Of a DNA stretch of 64,000 nucleotides, positions 25,001-38,000 are shown one piece after another; position 1 is the first letter of the stretch, and each line of letters begins with the position of its first letter. Origin of the DNA: Azolla caroliniana. Its lineage: Eukaryota > Plantae > Polypodiophyta. Both the position numbers and the translations under genes were made by a program. The stretch lies in assembly GCA_043228905.1 (NCBI GenBank), contig JBHGNT010000006.1, positions 23,188,001-23,252,000 on the forward strand. Reading direction: 5' to 3'. Below the pieces are notes generated by a model that was not told where the DNA came from, searched no databases, and saw nothing but the letters and a program-made list of their open reading frames with translations.

Positions 25001-28000
25001 AACGGTTATCCCTAGCAAGAGTAAAGTCGAGCTTGCTAGATGAGGAGCCGCGTCGGAAGGATAAAGATACGAGCTCCGACTCCAAAGCGCTCCTTACCGA
25101 ATCGGAACGCGGAAGACATAGAAACCGTAGTCCCCAGAACCGGGAGAAGTCGGGGACACGGTCAAAGTCAAGGGGGAGTCCCACTTGCTTCTATTGCGGC
25201 AAGCCGGGTCACTTCCAAAAGAACTGTCGGCATTTCCGTAAAGACAAGGAAACCGACGGTACCGATTCAAAGCAAACCCCGGACCGGAACGGTAAAGACC
25301 AAAACGGTAAAGACCGGAGGGGGCCAGACCGGAAGGGAACGACGGCAATCGCGGCAAGCGAAGAAGAGTTGATGCTCATCACCAAGGAGAGTGAGATAAA
25401 CCTTGCCGGCGACGAGATGACCTGGGTGGTAGACCCCAGAGCGTCATTCCACCTTACCCCGGACCGGAAATGCTTCTCATCCTACTCAGTCGGTGACCAC
25501 GGCTGTGTCCGGATGGGGAATGAAGGTACATGCCGAATTGTCGGCATAGGAGACGTGTGGCTGTCAACACCAACCGGATGCAAGTTGCTGCTGAAGGATG
25601 TCCGACACGTTCCGGAAGTTCGTCTGAACCTGATATCGGCCGGTCGGCTAGATGATGAAGGCTACACGGGTAGCATCCGGAACGGTGTCATGAAGTTCAG
25701 CAAAGGGAGCCTGATTGTGGCTCGGGCCCGGAAGGTAAACACGTTGTACCTGATGAATGCCCGGTTATGTCTTGAAGAAGTGAACGTGGCATCCGACACT
25801 GCTGGTGAGCTGTGGCACAAGAGGCTGTGTGATATGAGCGAGAAGGGGATGAAGAGGCTTGCAAACGACAACCTCATTCCAGTGAAGAACGTGCACTTAG
25901 AGAAGTGCACTGATTGTCTGGCCGGTAAGCAGAACCGAACCTCCTTCCGACCAAGGTCACTGATGAGACGTAATGCACCACTGGAGTTGGTGCATACGGA
26001 TGTGTGTCAAGTAGACACGGAGTCACATGCCGGAGTGCAGTACTTCGTGACGTTCATAGATGACCACACCCGGATGCTGTGGGCCACACCGCTGAAGACG
26101 AAGGATCAGGTGTTATCCGTCTTCAAAGAGCTCCACGCGAGAGTGGAAAGAGAAACCGGCCGGAAGCTGAAGGCGGTTCGAGCAGATAACGGAGGAGAAT
26201 ACCGGGGGTAGTTCGAGGAGTACTGCCGCTCGAAGGGAATCCGGCTCGAATTTACCGTGCCGAAGACGCTGGAACTAAACGGACTGGCCGAGAGGATGAA
26301 CCGGACCATAATGGAGAGGGTCCGGAGTATGCTAGCGCATGCAAAACTACCCAAGAAGTTTTGGGCTGAGGCACTGTCGATGGCGACATACGTGATAAAT
26401 AGATCACCCTCAGTACCCTTGGACGGAGACACGCCATAGAGAGTATGGACCGGTAAGGAAGTGTCCTACCGGCATCTGAGGGTGTTCGGGTGTCTCGGGT
26501 ACGTGCATGTAGCTAAGGACCCGAGAGGAAAGCTAGATCCAAAGACCCGGCCATGCATATTCCTCGGTTACGGTGACGATGAGTTCGGCTACCGAGTGTG
26601 GGACCTGGTCGACAAGAAGGTATTCCGGAGTCGAGATATTATCTTCATGGAGGACAAGACGCTCGCCGACTGGGAGTCGGAGAAGAAGATAATGAACTCC
26701 GAGTCGACCGGTAAGGATAGACTCTACGATGAGCAAAGCCAACTGGCAAGAGACCGGTTAGCACTCGAGGAACCAGCTGGTTACGGTGAGGATACCGAAC
26801 CGACAGAAGAAGAGGTAGAGGAAGCTGAGAACGGAACCGGCCTAGACCCCGAATCGGATTCGGATGAAGAGCAAATAGAGGAGCCGGCTACCGAAGCCCA
26901 AAGACGGAGATATCCTCTAAAAGAGAGAAGGGCCCCCTGGAGATTTCTGGATGCAGAGCATGTTCTGCTGACCGATGAGGGGGAGCCAAAAAGCTTTGAA
27001 GAAGCGAAGGAAGACACCCACAACCGAAAATGGTTAAGGGCCATGCAAGACGAGATGGATTCCCTGCATGAGAACCATACGTATGAATTGGTGGAGTTGC
27101 CGAAAGGAAAGCGGGCACTCCGAAACAAGCGGGTGTACAAGTTGAAACCAGGAGATGCCGGCAACCCCCCGAGATACAAAGCTAGGATCGTGGTGAAGGG
27201 GTTCCAGCAGAAGAAGGGCGTGGACTTCGACGAGATATTTGCCCCGGTAGTAAAGATGACCTCCATCCGGACGGTGCTGAGTATAGCAGCAAGCATGAAC
27301 CTTGAGGTAGAGGAGCTGGACGTGAAGACGGCATTCCGTCACGGCGACCTCGAAGAGGAGATCTACATGTAGCAACTGGAAGGATTTGTGGAGAAAGGGA
27401 AGGAGCACCTGGTATGCCGGTTGAAGAAGAGCCTGTACGGATTGAACCAGGCTCCCCGACAATGGTACCGGAAGTTCGACTCCTTCATGACCGATCAAGG
27501 GTACCACAAGACGCTGGCCGATCACTGCGTGTTTGTGAAGAGGTTCGAAGGAGATGACTTCTTGATACTCCTTCTGTACGTGGATGACATGTTGATCGTC
27601 GGACGTGACCAAGTCAAAATACGGATGCTGAAGAAGGCCCTCAACCGAACCTTCTCAATGAAAGACTTGGGTCCGGCAAGACAGATGCTGGGGATGCACA
27701 TCATCCGTAACCGAAAAGCGAAGCAATTATGGCTGTCACAGGAGAAGTATGTGACAAAGGTGCTTCACCGGTTCAACATGTCAGATGCAAAACCGGTCGG
27801 ATCGACACTTCCGGCAAACTGCAAGCTATCTGGTAAGCAAAGCCCGAAGACGAAAGCAGAGAAGGCGGATATGACGAAGATCCCATATGTCTCTGCTGTC
27901 GGGAGCTTGATGTACGCAATGGTTTGTACCCGACCGGATATTGGATACGCAGTTGGAGTGGTGAGCCGGTTCATGAGTAATCCCGGCAAGGAGCACTGGA

Positions 28001-30178
28001 ACGTAATCAAATGGATACTTCAGTATTTGAAGGGCACTTCAAATATGTGTCTCCGATTCGGCTCCGGAAAACCTCAACTGGACGGTTTCACCGACTCGGA
28101 CATGTCGGCTGATGTGGATACCAGCCGGTCTACATCCGGATATGTGATGACATATGCAGGGGGAGCTGTTTCGTGGCAGTCGAGGCTGCAGAAGACGGTT
28201 GCATTGTCAACCACAGAGGCAGAGTACATGGCAGCTATGGAAGCCGGCAAGGAAATATTATGGATGAAGGACTTCATCGGAGAGCTCGGTATCCGGCAAG
28301 AGGAATACCGACTCTATTGCGACAGTCAAAGTGCCATCCACCTTGCTAAGAATGCAGCCTACCATTCTCGGACGTAGCATATCCAACGAAGATATCACTG
28401 GATCCAGGAAAGAGTAGATGACCAGGAGTTCGCACTGACGAAGATCCACACGGCCGAGAACGGGTCAGATATGCTGACCAAAGTGCTGACACCCGACAAG
28501 CTGGACGCATGCTGGAAGCGGATCGGACTGGTAAGACACCCCATGCCGGAGTGAAGGGGGAGTTTGTTGGGAAACAGGTCCCTCCGGATGGGAAGGAAGA
28601 AGTACAGTGCCAATGAACAAACCGTATGAGGAGGCCTGGTATGAACCAGATGAGGAGTACCCGGCTACGGAGAGCCGGATGGTGCAGGCCCGGTATGAAC
28701 CAGATGAGGAGTACCCGACTACGGAGAACCGGATGGTACAGACCCAGTGAGAACCGGATGAAGAGACATATTTGTAAATATGTTTCTGAGAGCCCATCGA
28801 GGGTACATTTGTAAATAGCCGAAAAGTCATATGAGTATAAATATGACTTAGGGAAAACTTTTAGTTGTTGTTGTCATTCTTCCTTGTTGGTGCAAGAAGA
28901 AACGAGAGTGCGTAACGTTGTACAGATAGAGAGAGAGAGAGAAAGAGGTCGTTGCCTCTGTTGTAACCGCCGCCTGTGGCGAAGAGCGTGAGTCCGAGGT
29001 CGTTGCCTCTGTGAACTCACTCTCTTGTACATTCATACATAGTGACAGTTTGCAGCCTGTGGGCTACCGTGGTTTTTCCCCTAGTTTGGGGTTTTCCACG
29101 TAAACCTCCTGTGTACCATTTCTTTTCTCTGTGTCGCGTTTCATTACTTGTTTTCTGTGTATGAAAAGAATCTCGGTTGTGGCCGAGTCTTGCGCATAAG
29201 GAACGTCAAGTTCCCGTCAACGGCCATTCGGAACGCTCCGAACTTCGACGCCAAACCTCTGAGACAGATCTGGACCATCTCGCTCTCCTCGATGTTCACC
29301 TCTATGGAGGCGAGGGAGTCGCAGATATCCTTGATCTTCGAGGTATAGTCTGCCACCAACAAGTCGCGTTGTCGTAGGTTGCTCAACTCCTGTCGGAGCT
29401 GAAGCTTCCTGGCTGTGGTGCTCGCTGCGAAAATCTTCTTCAGATTTTCCGATGCACCCTTCGGCGTCTTTGCATCCCGAACATAGCTCAATAGTTGTTC
29501 GCCCACACACGACGCGAAGCAGTATAGTACCCTGCTCGCCGATTGCTCCCACGACGGGAAGTCTCTGTGTGTCGATTCGGGTGCCGCGTCATTAGCTCCT
29601 TCGACATAACTCTAGTAGCCATGCCCGAGCAGGTACTGGTGCATCTTGTAGGACCAAGACGCGTAGTTGGTTCTGTCGAGCTTCTCTGTTGGAAGCGAGC
29701 TCGCCATGCCTCTATCCATCGTTCTGCTTGTTCTTCTTCGTCAAGCTGTGTTGGCTGCAGAGAGGTTCTCAACCCTCGCGCTCTGATACCATGTAGAAAG
29801 TAGTGTGCGGAAGCAAGTATGAAGACAGAACAGAGGAAGGAAACTTAGGTTCAATGGAGAGCTTAGGCTTACACGGTATACGCGGGAGAGACAGAGAGAG
29901 AAACACAAAAAATACTATATTCAATAATAGTGCTCAGTCTGTACATAAGACGTGCTCAGTGAACACTTTTATACAAGTCCTGCAAGGACTGACCGAAGTA
30001 CTGACAGTACTTCAATGCTCATTAAGAGCTCCTACACTAACTCCCAAATATATTCCTCACGGAATATCTTTCCTAACGACCTCCCGGTTTACGCACTCGG
30101 CCTAACCGATCGGTCCCAGCCGATCCAGTCCTCGGATTCTTCAGCCGATCTGGTCGATGTTGAGCTTGTCTCTCAACA
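19079..30178 (-). mobile_element. Ty1/copia element B, full-length with frameshifts, inserted in intron 1 of the MTase gene
   Basis: 387-bp LTRs 19079-19465 and 29792-30178, 5-bp TSD AGTTC, PBS TGGTATCAGAGC, PPT, gag/PR (WYVDSGASNHM)/IN/RT (LLYVDD)/RH ORFs on the minus strand. Confidence 0.96.
23777..29219 (+). mobile_element. Ty1/copia element C (relative of A), nested in gag of element B; several premature stops
   Basis: LTRs 23777-24462 and 28565-29219, PBS 24465-24476, PPT ~28553-28562, pol closely similar to element A. Confidence 0.96.
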
Positions 30179-30205
30179 AGTTCCCGTTTAAAGTTTAGGA
30201 TTTAA

Positions 30206-30238
30206 ACAGGAACTCGATACGCCGTATCGAGTTCCTGT
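30206..30238. repeat. Fourth palindrome of the copy-1 array, with perfect 15-bp arms
   Basis: ACAGGAACTCGATAC GCC GTATCGAGTTCCTGT; 51 bp from the third unit once copia B and one TSD are removed. Confidence 0.9.
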
Positions 30239-33200
30239 ATAAAAGAAGGCTCTGAGAGAGAAAAATTGTGTTTTTGGGGTAACAATTAATTATTGTGTGG
30301 AAAAGATATCAAATTGTCTGTCAAAATTAGTCTTTTTTATGTTGACTTGCCTTACTTTAAAAAAAAAAACATGCCCTAATTATAGGTGTTTTATGACCTA
30401 CTTTAGCTGAAAATAGTAGAAAATGATCCACAAATTGCCTTTACGATAGCAAATTCTCCTCAATATAGGTTTGGAATCTATATAAGTCATACCTACTCTT
30501 TAAAAGAATATATAACCCTGTTTACTTATTACGATATATATTTTCTAGTTTGAATAGCCCTGCCTAGAATAGATTTTTGAATATAAGACTACCATGTACT
30601 CTGAATGCATGATTGATATTTTCACTTCACCACTAATCGCTGCTAGTGAGAACTGTTCTTCATCTTAATATTTATATTTTAATATACAACCTTAATCTAC
30701 GTGACCACCTAACTTATGTTTTTGCATATACTTTCTTAAATAGGTCGTTTGAGAACTTGTCGGACCAACCCGTGAAGAAAATAAAGCTTCACATACAGGG
30801 TTCTCCAATCGAAGCCCATACCAAGGTAGATCCTGAGACCATGAAGAGAGGAAAAAAGCTTCTCTTCAATGAAGAGACAAAATCTCAGCCACATATTGAT
30901 GTTAGCCAAAAGAAACTTGTCGCCCGCTACTGGAGGTGAAGACCTTCCTGACCGTGATCTAACGGACAAGGAATGGTGTATGCAATATGTCGACTCAAAG
31001 AAAAAAGTCATATTGTATACAACAAAGAAGAAGGGGGAGGGGCAACTTGGAAAGGAAACACCATTTATGTATGGCCGTATTCTACGATTTGACTACGAAG
31101 ATGCAGATTCGGCCAACATACTGGTAATGATAGAGTGCTCCAAGGGGGTACGTAAAGTGTTCCTTTCAGAAGACCTTTTAGTAAAGGAATCTTGTGGGCT
31201 AGAAGCGTTCAAAAAAGATCTTGAAAGGTCACAAAACCTTATTGTTACCTTGAGGCCTTATATACAAGGCCATGTAACTCTAAGAGATGAAGTGCCCTCC
31301 CCATTGAAGGCCACAAAAAGGGTATCCAAAGTCCAGTCAAGACCACCAAAGAAGAAGACAACCAAAATGTCGGACACCGATTCAACAAGTGAAAACGAAG
31401 AGGAGGATAATAAGGGGACGCCAGGAGCTGAGCTGGCATCGGGTGTTTTGTCATCCGAGCAGAATAAGATAAGGAGAGAGTTAATGCAACGGAAACTAGT
31501 CAGGAAAGGGCAAGTGTTTAATTTGCCTATAACACACATCCATCGGCCCCCTATTGATGAAAAAACAGGTCGACGACCACTTGAGATTAGAGAGCCACAC
31601 CGCATGCATGTTCAAAATCTCAAGAAAAAAATGAAAATTAATCCTCATGCCACTATGGTGCCTTTTATTGTTATGGTAGATCCTGAAGAATGTGAAACCA
31701 TTGAAGATTTTGATATTAGAAAGCATGATCAATATAATTATTTTGTCATTGGTGGATCCCATTCAGCAGAGGCACGTCGGCAACTTGTGAGAGAACATCC
31801 AACGACTTTCTTCTTCAAGTATGCCGAGTGCAAAATTTATGTTGGCCTCACAACCGAAGAGGCTAAGCTGTTGGCATGGGACCATAATAATGATAATGAC
31901 TATAGGCAGAAAATGTCGTTCATTGAGCGTATACGGTTCTTCCACCACGAGTATTTAAACGTGAAACAAAAGTTTGGTGTGAAGTTACATCTAGGCCTAC
32001 GACGTCAATGTCTGCATGAAGTCGGCATTGTGGTAGATGATAATGTTAAGTACGATGGTCTTCGAAAGTATGAGTCTTGGTTTCAATTGGCGTTTAGAGA
32101 TGGAGAAGTATGGGACCTACAAGATCAAATCTTCTCAATGTGGGAGAATGAGGTAAAGGGTCAACAACAAAAGAAATGTAAGGTTGACCCTCAACTAGAG
32201 TTAAAGTCACAAGCCGCCAAGAAAATTGACTTGACAATTGAAGAAGTGGCAGACGACATGAAGTTGTCTCTGTGGAGAGCGACGCAAGGTATTAAGGACG
32301 AGCAGCTTCTTGTGTCTGTTTTGTCAAGGGTTGTGGCGAAAGATTTAAGCCTTGAAGAAATGGTCACTAAGTTCAATAAGTAAGTCTTTCAAATACTGAA
32401 ATTGTAGTCTATCTGGTGTAATTCAAAGTTCTAATCTTGATTTCTAATTTTACAGTCATAAGGTGTACATGAAGATCCAAGAAGTTATGATGAAACAACT
32501 TGGATGTATAACTTGGGAACAAGTGACCGAGGATTATCCTCTAACGTCTTCATATAAGGCGTTATCAGAGTATTTTATTGCATTCAAGGATTGGGTTAGT
32601 ATTGATGGTTTTTCATTACCCTTTCATCATATGTAGAGCTTGTATAATAATACCTGATGTCCTATTGCTTCTATTAGAAACCGTGTTGAGGCAAGAAACA
32701 AGGAGAAGTTAAGGATATACACGATTTCCCTACATCCTTCCTTGCACATCTCGAGCGAGCCAGAAAAGAAAAGGATCGTCGCTTAGTCAAGGCGTACGAA
32801 ATGGAGGAAGATGGCTCCTTTAAAAAATTTAGCCACAAAAAAGATATTACGAGAGATCTTTACTACAATGTGGTTTGCGGTGATGTCGTCGACTTGATCC
32901 AAAAGGTGCCAAAGAAGGAATATACGCTAATGATTGCGGATATTCCTTACGGATTTCGAATGGTTGGGTCATCATACGATGATGAACCGTTTAGGTTTAA
33001 ACAATTGGAGAAGATGGTCAAGGATTTCGCTGAGCTAACGACTGCATCCTTGTAGCGAATAGTTGTCTTTCATAGTATGGACCAAGGGTACTTAGTAGCT
33101 CAAGCTTTGAGATCTCGTTGCCATGGTATCGAGAACCTTGCATGGTAAGGATTATTTATAGGTGTCTTTCACTATATTGCATTTCTTAAGGTTGTTCAAT

Positions 33201-34977
33201 CTATTCTTAACTCGATGTATTATTTTCTATAGGATCAAGAACAATGTAAATAGAGGGCCAACTTTTCGGTTCGTTAATGCCATTGAATACATAACGGTTG
33301 GCTACTTCAATGAAATTAAGAAACAGAGAATCAAGGAGCATTCTAATGAAGTGGGAGGTTCAAATCTGTTGGTATATCCAGCAGTGACACGGAAATTGCG
33401 ACATGTCACCACGACAGAACGGGGACTTGTCAACCCATACCAAAAACCTCAACGACTTATGATGCGCTTGATCGAGATGTTTTCTGTCGAAGGAGACTGG
33501 ATATTAGATCTCTTTTCTGGCACACGTATTCCTCGAACTAGGGTAACGATCTTGAGATAACCAATCCCTTTTTTTTTCGTTTGACAACTAAATCTTCTTG
33601 TTACTTACATCACAGGAACTATGTCTGCATGTGCATTGAAGCTTTTTAGAAATACAGTTGCATTGGAGAAGGACGAGGACCAAGTTATATTTATTAATAT
33701 GCGGATTAAGGCTTTGTGGGAGTGCCCAGACCAGGATGAGGAGGTCGGTGCAAAGAACCTCGCTAATACAGAAAGGTTTCAACCTGCTTCGCGAGAGCCT
33801 ATTCCTCCGTTAGCCGGCGAACCGGGGGAGCTAATAGAGCTTGATGATGAGCTTATAGAAGATATTTCGTTGGCTCGGCTAACAGAGGAAACCAATGCAC
33901 GTATAGCCGAAGAGAGTTCTACACAAGATGATGAAGAAAATGACGTTGATGAATTGATTGCTATGTAATAGACTCTATGAAGAAAATGACACTGACGATT
34001 TGTTAGGATTTCACATTATTAATACAAATTTTGGGTTTTACTAGTGGATTCTATTCTTTATAATCTTCTATATGTTTCAATTTTATTTTTATATACTTGG
34101 TTAGTAGATTTATGACATTGGTTTCACCGCGTGCATAGCTGACTACCAAATTTATGGAGAAACATGAATTAGTTTAAATTGAGGTTGATTTTGGTCCAAG
34201 CTAACCTTAACAGAACATGGCCCTATAATTGTTGCCATGACTGTCCATGTTGTTATTATGGATCTTTGTCTTCTATTGTTAAAACTATTATGTTTCTATT
34301 CCATTGTTGCTTAGATTGTGTAGTGTGTTGATAATGGTTCCAGTTGCGTTATCGTTCGGAGTTTGATCCTGTGTGAATCACCTAAGCAATAGAGTAGATC
34401 AATTTTAAATAAAGGTATGAAAGCCTAATAGGTTTGTTATTTCCACGACATTATCCTAAAGTTCACTGCCTTACATTGTCCACAATTATATACATATGGT
34501 TTGATCCCATATGAACAAACTGAGGAATAGATTAGATTAACTTTAAATACAAGTATTGAATACTTTAATAAGTTAGTTATTCCAATCACTTATCCTAATG
34601 TGCACTATCCTACATTTTCCACAATTACATACATGCACGTATGGGTCAAAGTATAAATTATAACTCATTTTATTAGTATGGATACAAGTACACCTGATAT
34701 TTTTGTAAAACTTACCTAATTAATATAAGTCTTTAAGTTAGTGTTTCCCTTGTCGCACAGTAGTGACATATTGAGCCATAGTTGAACTTTATTATGCCTA
34801 CATTAACTTATCAACGTGTCTAAACTTGCATGATTTCTAATGATCTCCACTCGTAGATCTATCATGTATTTTTATATTTGCAAATTCTCATCAAGTTGAG
34901 GAACATGTGATACTAGTGCATCCAATTTTTGTAGAGAGGGTGTATTTGCTTCGTTTTAAGAAGATTCTACAAGTGGA

Positions 34978-35013
34978 ATGCGCAATCCTTCCACTTGTGA
35001 ACGCGAACGTGTT
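34978..35013 (-). repeat. Right TIR of copy 1
   Basis: ATGCGCAATCCTTCCACTTGTGAACGCGAACGTGTT, reverse complement of the left TIR with 1 mismatch. Confidence 0.95.
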
Positions 35014-35017
35014 GTAT

Positions 35018-38000
35018 GATCTCTCAAAGGATGACACATGTTTATTAGTAAGTGACTGAGATGAGGATGCTTGGTATTTTGAGAGTAGTGTTCCTAGGCA
35101 CAAAACCTCTTTCAAAATTTTCCTTGTCACACTTCAAAATTATGCTTCTTACATCATCAAACGAATGGTCAAGTTCATATTATAATAGCCAAATGGGACG
35201 TGATCCCCTTGAACAATGTTCGTCATAACCATTGCATTAAGAAAAACCTTCTTTGAGTTTCAACGATTGGTATCCATGGATACTCCTTCTATTTTTTCTA
35301 TTATAAATACACAGTACATTATTCTCTTGACATGTAATTTATTCAACAAGCTTTACAAGCTTGTAATATATCGAAATTTGATGACGAAAATACAAAGTAC
35401 TTCAAAGCTAAGGCATGCTCTATTTGTCCATTTAGACGTCAACAACCTTACATAAGTTAGTAAGCATGATATTGTATGCAATATTCCTTTCATTAATGTA
35501 CCATCTAATCATGTTTCTCATGTTTTATTCTAGGAAAGATGCATAGATTTTGGTCTCCACAAGATGCACATGTTTTCGCAATACTAAAGCTATAAATTGT
35601 ACATAGTGACGAATGTGGTCCAATGCAAACACCATCAATTGCATGTTACCTTTATTTTCTTACATTCATCAATTATGTTACTTGACCCATTTGGGTATGT
35701 CCTTTGGAAGAGAAACCCAATGGTTTTCATGCTTCAATGATTTGCTACACATGATTGACAATCTCAATGGTCACAAACTCACTACTCTTCACACCAATAG
35801 AGTTGTAAGTACATTTCTCAAGAGCTTAATGCTTTCGTGAAGAATTGATGTATTATCGATAAGTACATAATGACATATACACCTCAACAAAACGATTTGG
35901 TTGAGAGAAAGAATAGATCTCTCATGGAGGTGGCAAGATGCATGTTCAATGGTAAGACCGTACCTCAAAAGCTTTTGTTGGAAGTTGTAATGTGCGCAAT
36001 CTATGTTTTAAATAGATGCCCCTCAAAAGTGCTTAAAATTATCACTCTATATGAGGTTAGAATGACCACATGAGAATAAACTTAAATAAAAAACAACAAA
36101 ATGCATTTTTGATGTCCTCAACAAAGATTCAGTTGTTTCAACCCACTATCAAAATATCATCATTCGTCAGAATGTAATATTTCCTCTAAGCAAGCAAGGA
36201 AAGTCCATAAATGACTTATTAATGTAGTTATGGTTAACAAAATCATATTTCCTCTACAAGATAAAACTTGGTTAGCCAACCAACAAGCTAAATTGCATTG
36301 TGTGCATCATGTTTTTATCGTTGAAATTTCTAATGTGGAGCCACTCTCTCTCGGCAATGCATTAGCGCATGACCATTGGGTTGAAGCCATGAAATCAAAC
36401 CTTGAGTTCGTCAACAACAAGAACACTTGGAATTTATGTGATCTACCTCAAGGTAGGAAAGCACTTACCACCAAGTGGATTTACAATGTCAACAATAATG
36501 TGGAAGGTAGCCTTGATCATTTGAAAGGAATACTTCTAGCAAAATGTTGCTCCCCAAAAGAGGGGATAGAATTTTATTAAAGCTTTTCCCCTCTTCAAGG
36601 ATTACCACATTCAAAGTTATAATTGTTACAACCGCAAATAAAGGATGGAAAGTCCACCAATTGGACATTAAAAACACCTTAAATCAAGATTAAGAAGAAG
36701 AATTTTGTGTAACTAAACCTTATGGAAGGTGTTGAAATTAAATTTACATGATACTTTAATGTTTGTATGGATTGAAACAAGCACCTTGAGTGGGAAATGC
36801 ACAGATAAATGCTCATCTTCTTCAACTTGTTTTGAACAAGTAAACCAAAAGCACTACCTATGTCTGAAAGGATGGACAAAAAATATTAATTGTTGAGTGT
36901 TATATTGATGAATAGGAATTATTGATTTCAAAGTTGATGTTAGTAAGAGATTTGAACTTGCAAATCATGATCATCTAAACTACTACCTCAATATTCAATT
37001 CATTATCATTGAGGGGGGAATTTTCTTAAGTCAAGGAAAGTACATTGAGAAGCTCCTACGTTGATTCAAGTTTGAAGAGTGCAATCCAATGTCCATTTCT
37101 ATAGGATAGGTTTCAAATTATGATATCCAGACCAAGAAGAACAAAACGATGTAGTCCTATACCAACAACTTGTACGTTGTGTGCTATTTTTGTGCAAAAA
37201 TGTGATCAATCATTTAATATGTAATTTTGCAATTAAGAAAGTTTATGCACAACCCCAGAACAAATCATTGTCAAGCAACCAAGTGGGTTTTCTATTACCT
37301 CAAAGGCACTATGGATTTCAACTTCTTCTATAGACAAGGAGATTCATCAATTCTAACAACATTCCCTAATAGTGATTGAGCTAGTTGTGACAACAGTGGT
37401 GTCTCAAATAGTGCCAATTGTTTCGTGAATGGGAATTCCTATGTTTATGAGTTCAGCAAGAAGCAACCAACAGGGATGGTGTCTGAGTTGAAGAATCTAA
37501 ATTTGTATACAACATAAAGGAATATAATTAGTAGAAAACTTAGTTCCCTGACTAATTCTAAGAGTATTGTGAAAGGTGGAAAAACATGTTCTAGAATGTC
37601 AGGGTTGTTGGACAAAGCAAACTTGGCTCATTCTCTTTAACTTGTGGATTTAAATGTGCCATTTTCATATCTACAAGAGTTATGCACATTCTAATTTATC
37701 AAGATGGATTTTATTTATGGATTTGTACAATTACATTTTATATTTAGGTTCTTTTTCATATCAAATAGATGGCCTCTTTAGTTCATCTATGCATGGACAT
37801 GTTTCACGCAAGGAAGAGGCTATAAAAAGGGGTTCCTAGTTTACTTTTTCACTTTATTTTCTTGGAATAGATTATATCTTATGTGATTGTGGACGTCGGG
37901 GAATTCTAGCGCTTCTAGTGTTTTAAAGGAAAGAATCCTCATTGCCCTATGTCCACTAAAGTGACTCATTGCTCTTGTGGAATACACCAAGGAAGGTTTA

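Larger units (their letters stand above)
18913..33968 (+). pseudogene. ParB-like domain + beta-class N6-A/N4-C DNA methyltransferase fusion; exons 18913-18947, 30744-32379, 32456-32594, 32678-33144, 33233-33525, 33616-33968
   Basis: ParB-like FNLPITHI..LEIREPHRMHVQNLKKKM..PFIVMV..YFVIGGSHSAEARRQL; MTase LMIADIPYG (motif IV), LAW|IK..AIEYI, NPYQKPQRLMMRLIEMFSVEGDWILDLFSGT|xTMSACALKLFRNTVALEKD (motifs X, I, II); GT-AG joins in phase; frameshift ~30900, stops at 32687 and 33053. Confidence 0.88.
15623..35013. mobile_element. TIR DNA transposon copy 1 (Sola-like), carrying transposase and ParB-methyltransferase genes
   Basis: 36-bp TIRs at 15623-15658 and 34978-35013 with 1 mismatch; GTAT direct repeat on both sides (15619-15622, 35014-35017); DDD transposase inside. 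Confidence 0.93.

Noticed and set aside
23772-29224. Canonical 5-bp TSD for copia C
   Set aside because: Flanks are CCACG and ACGGC; only ACG is duplicated, probably a small later deletion, so no TSD is claimed.
30869-33968. Bacterial contamination or a prophage methyltransferase
   Set aside because: The gene has GT-AG introns splitting conserved motifs and is nested among plant retroelements with intact TSDs.
34360-34640. ~138-bp degenerate tandem duplication in the transposon 3' region (a similar-length one at ~42985-43255)
   Set aside because: AT-rich and diverged, with no recognisable motif or clear homology between the copies; cannot support a function.
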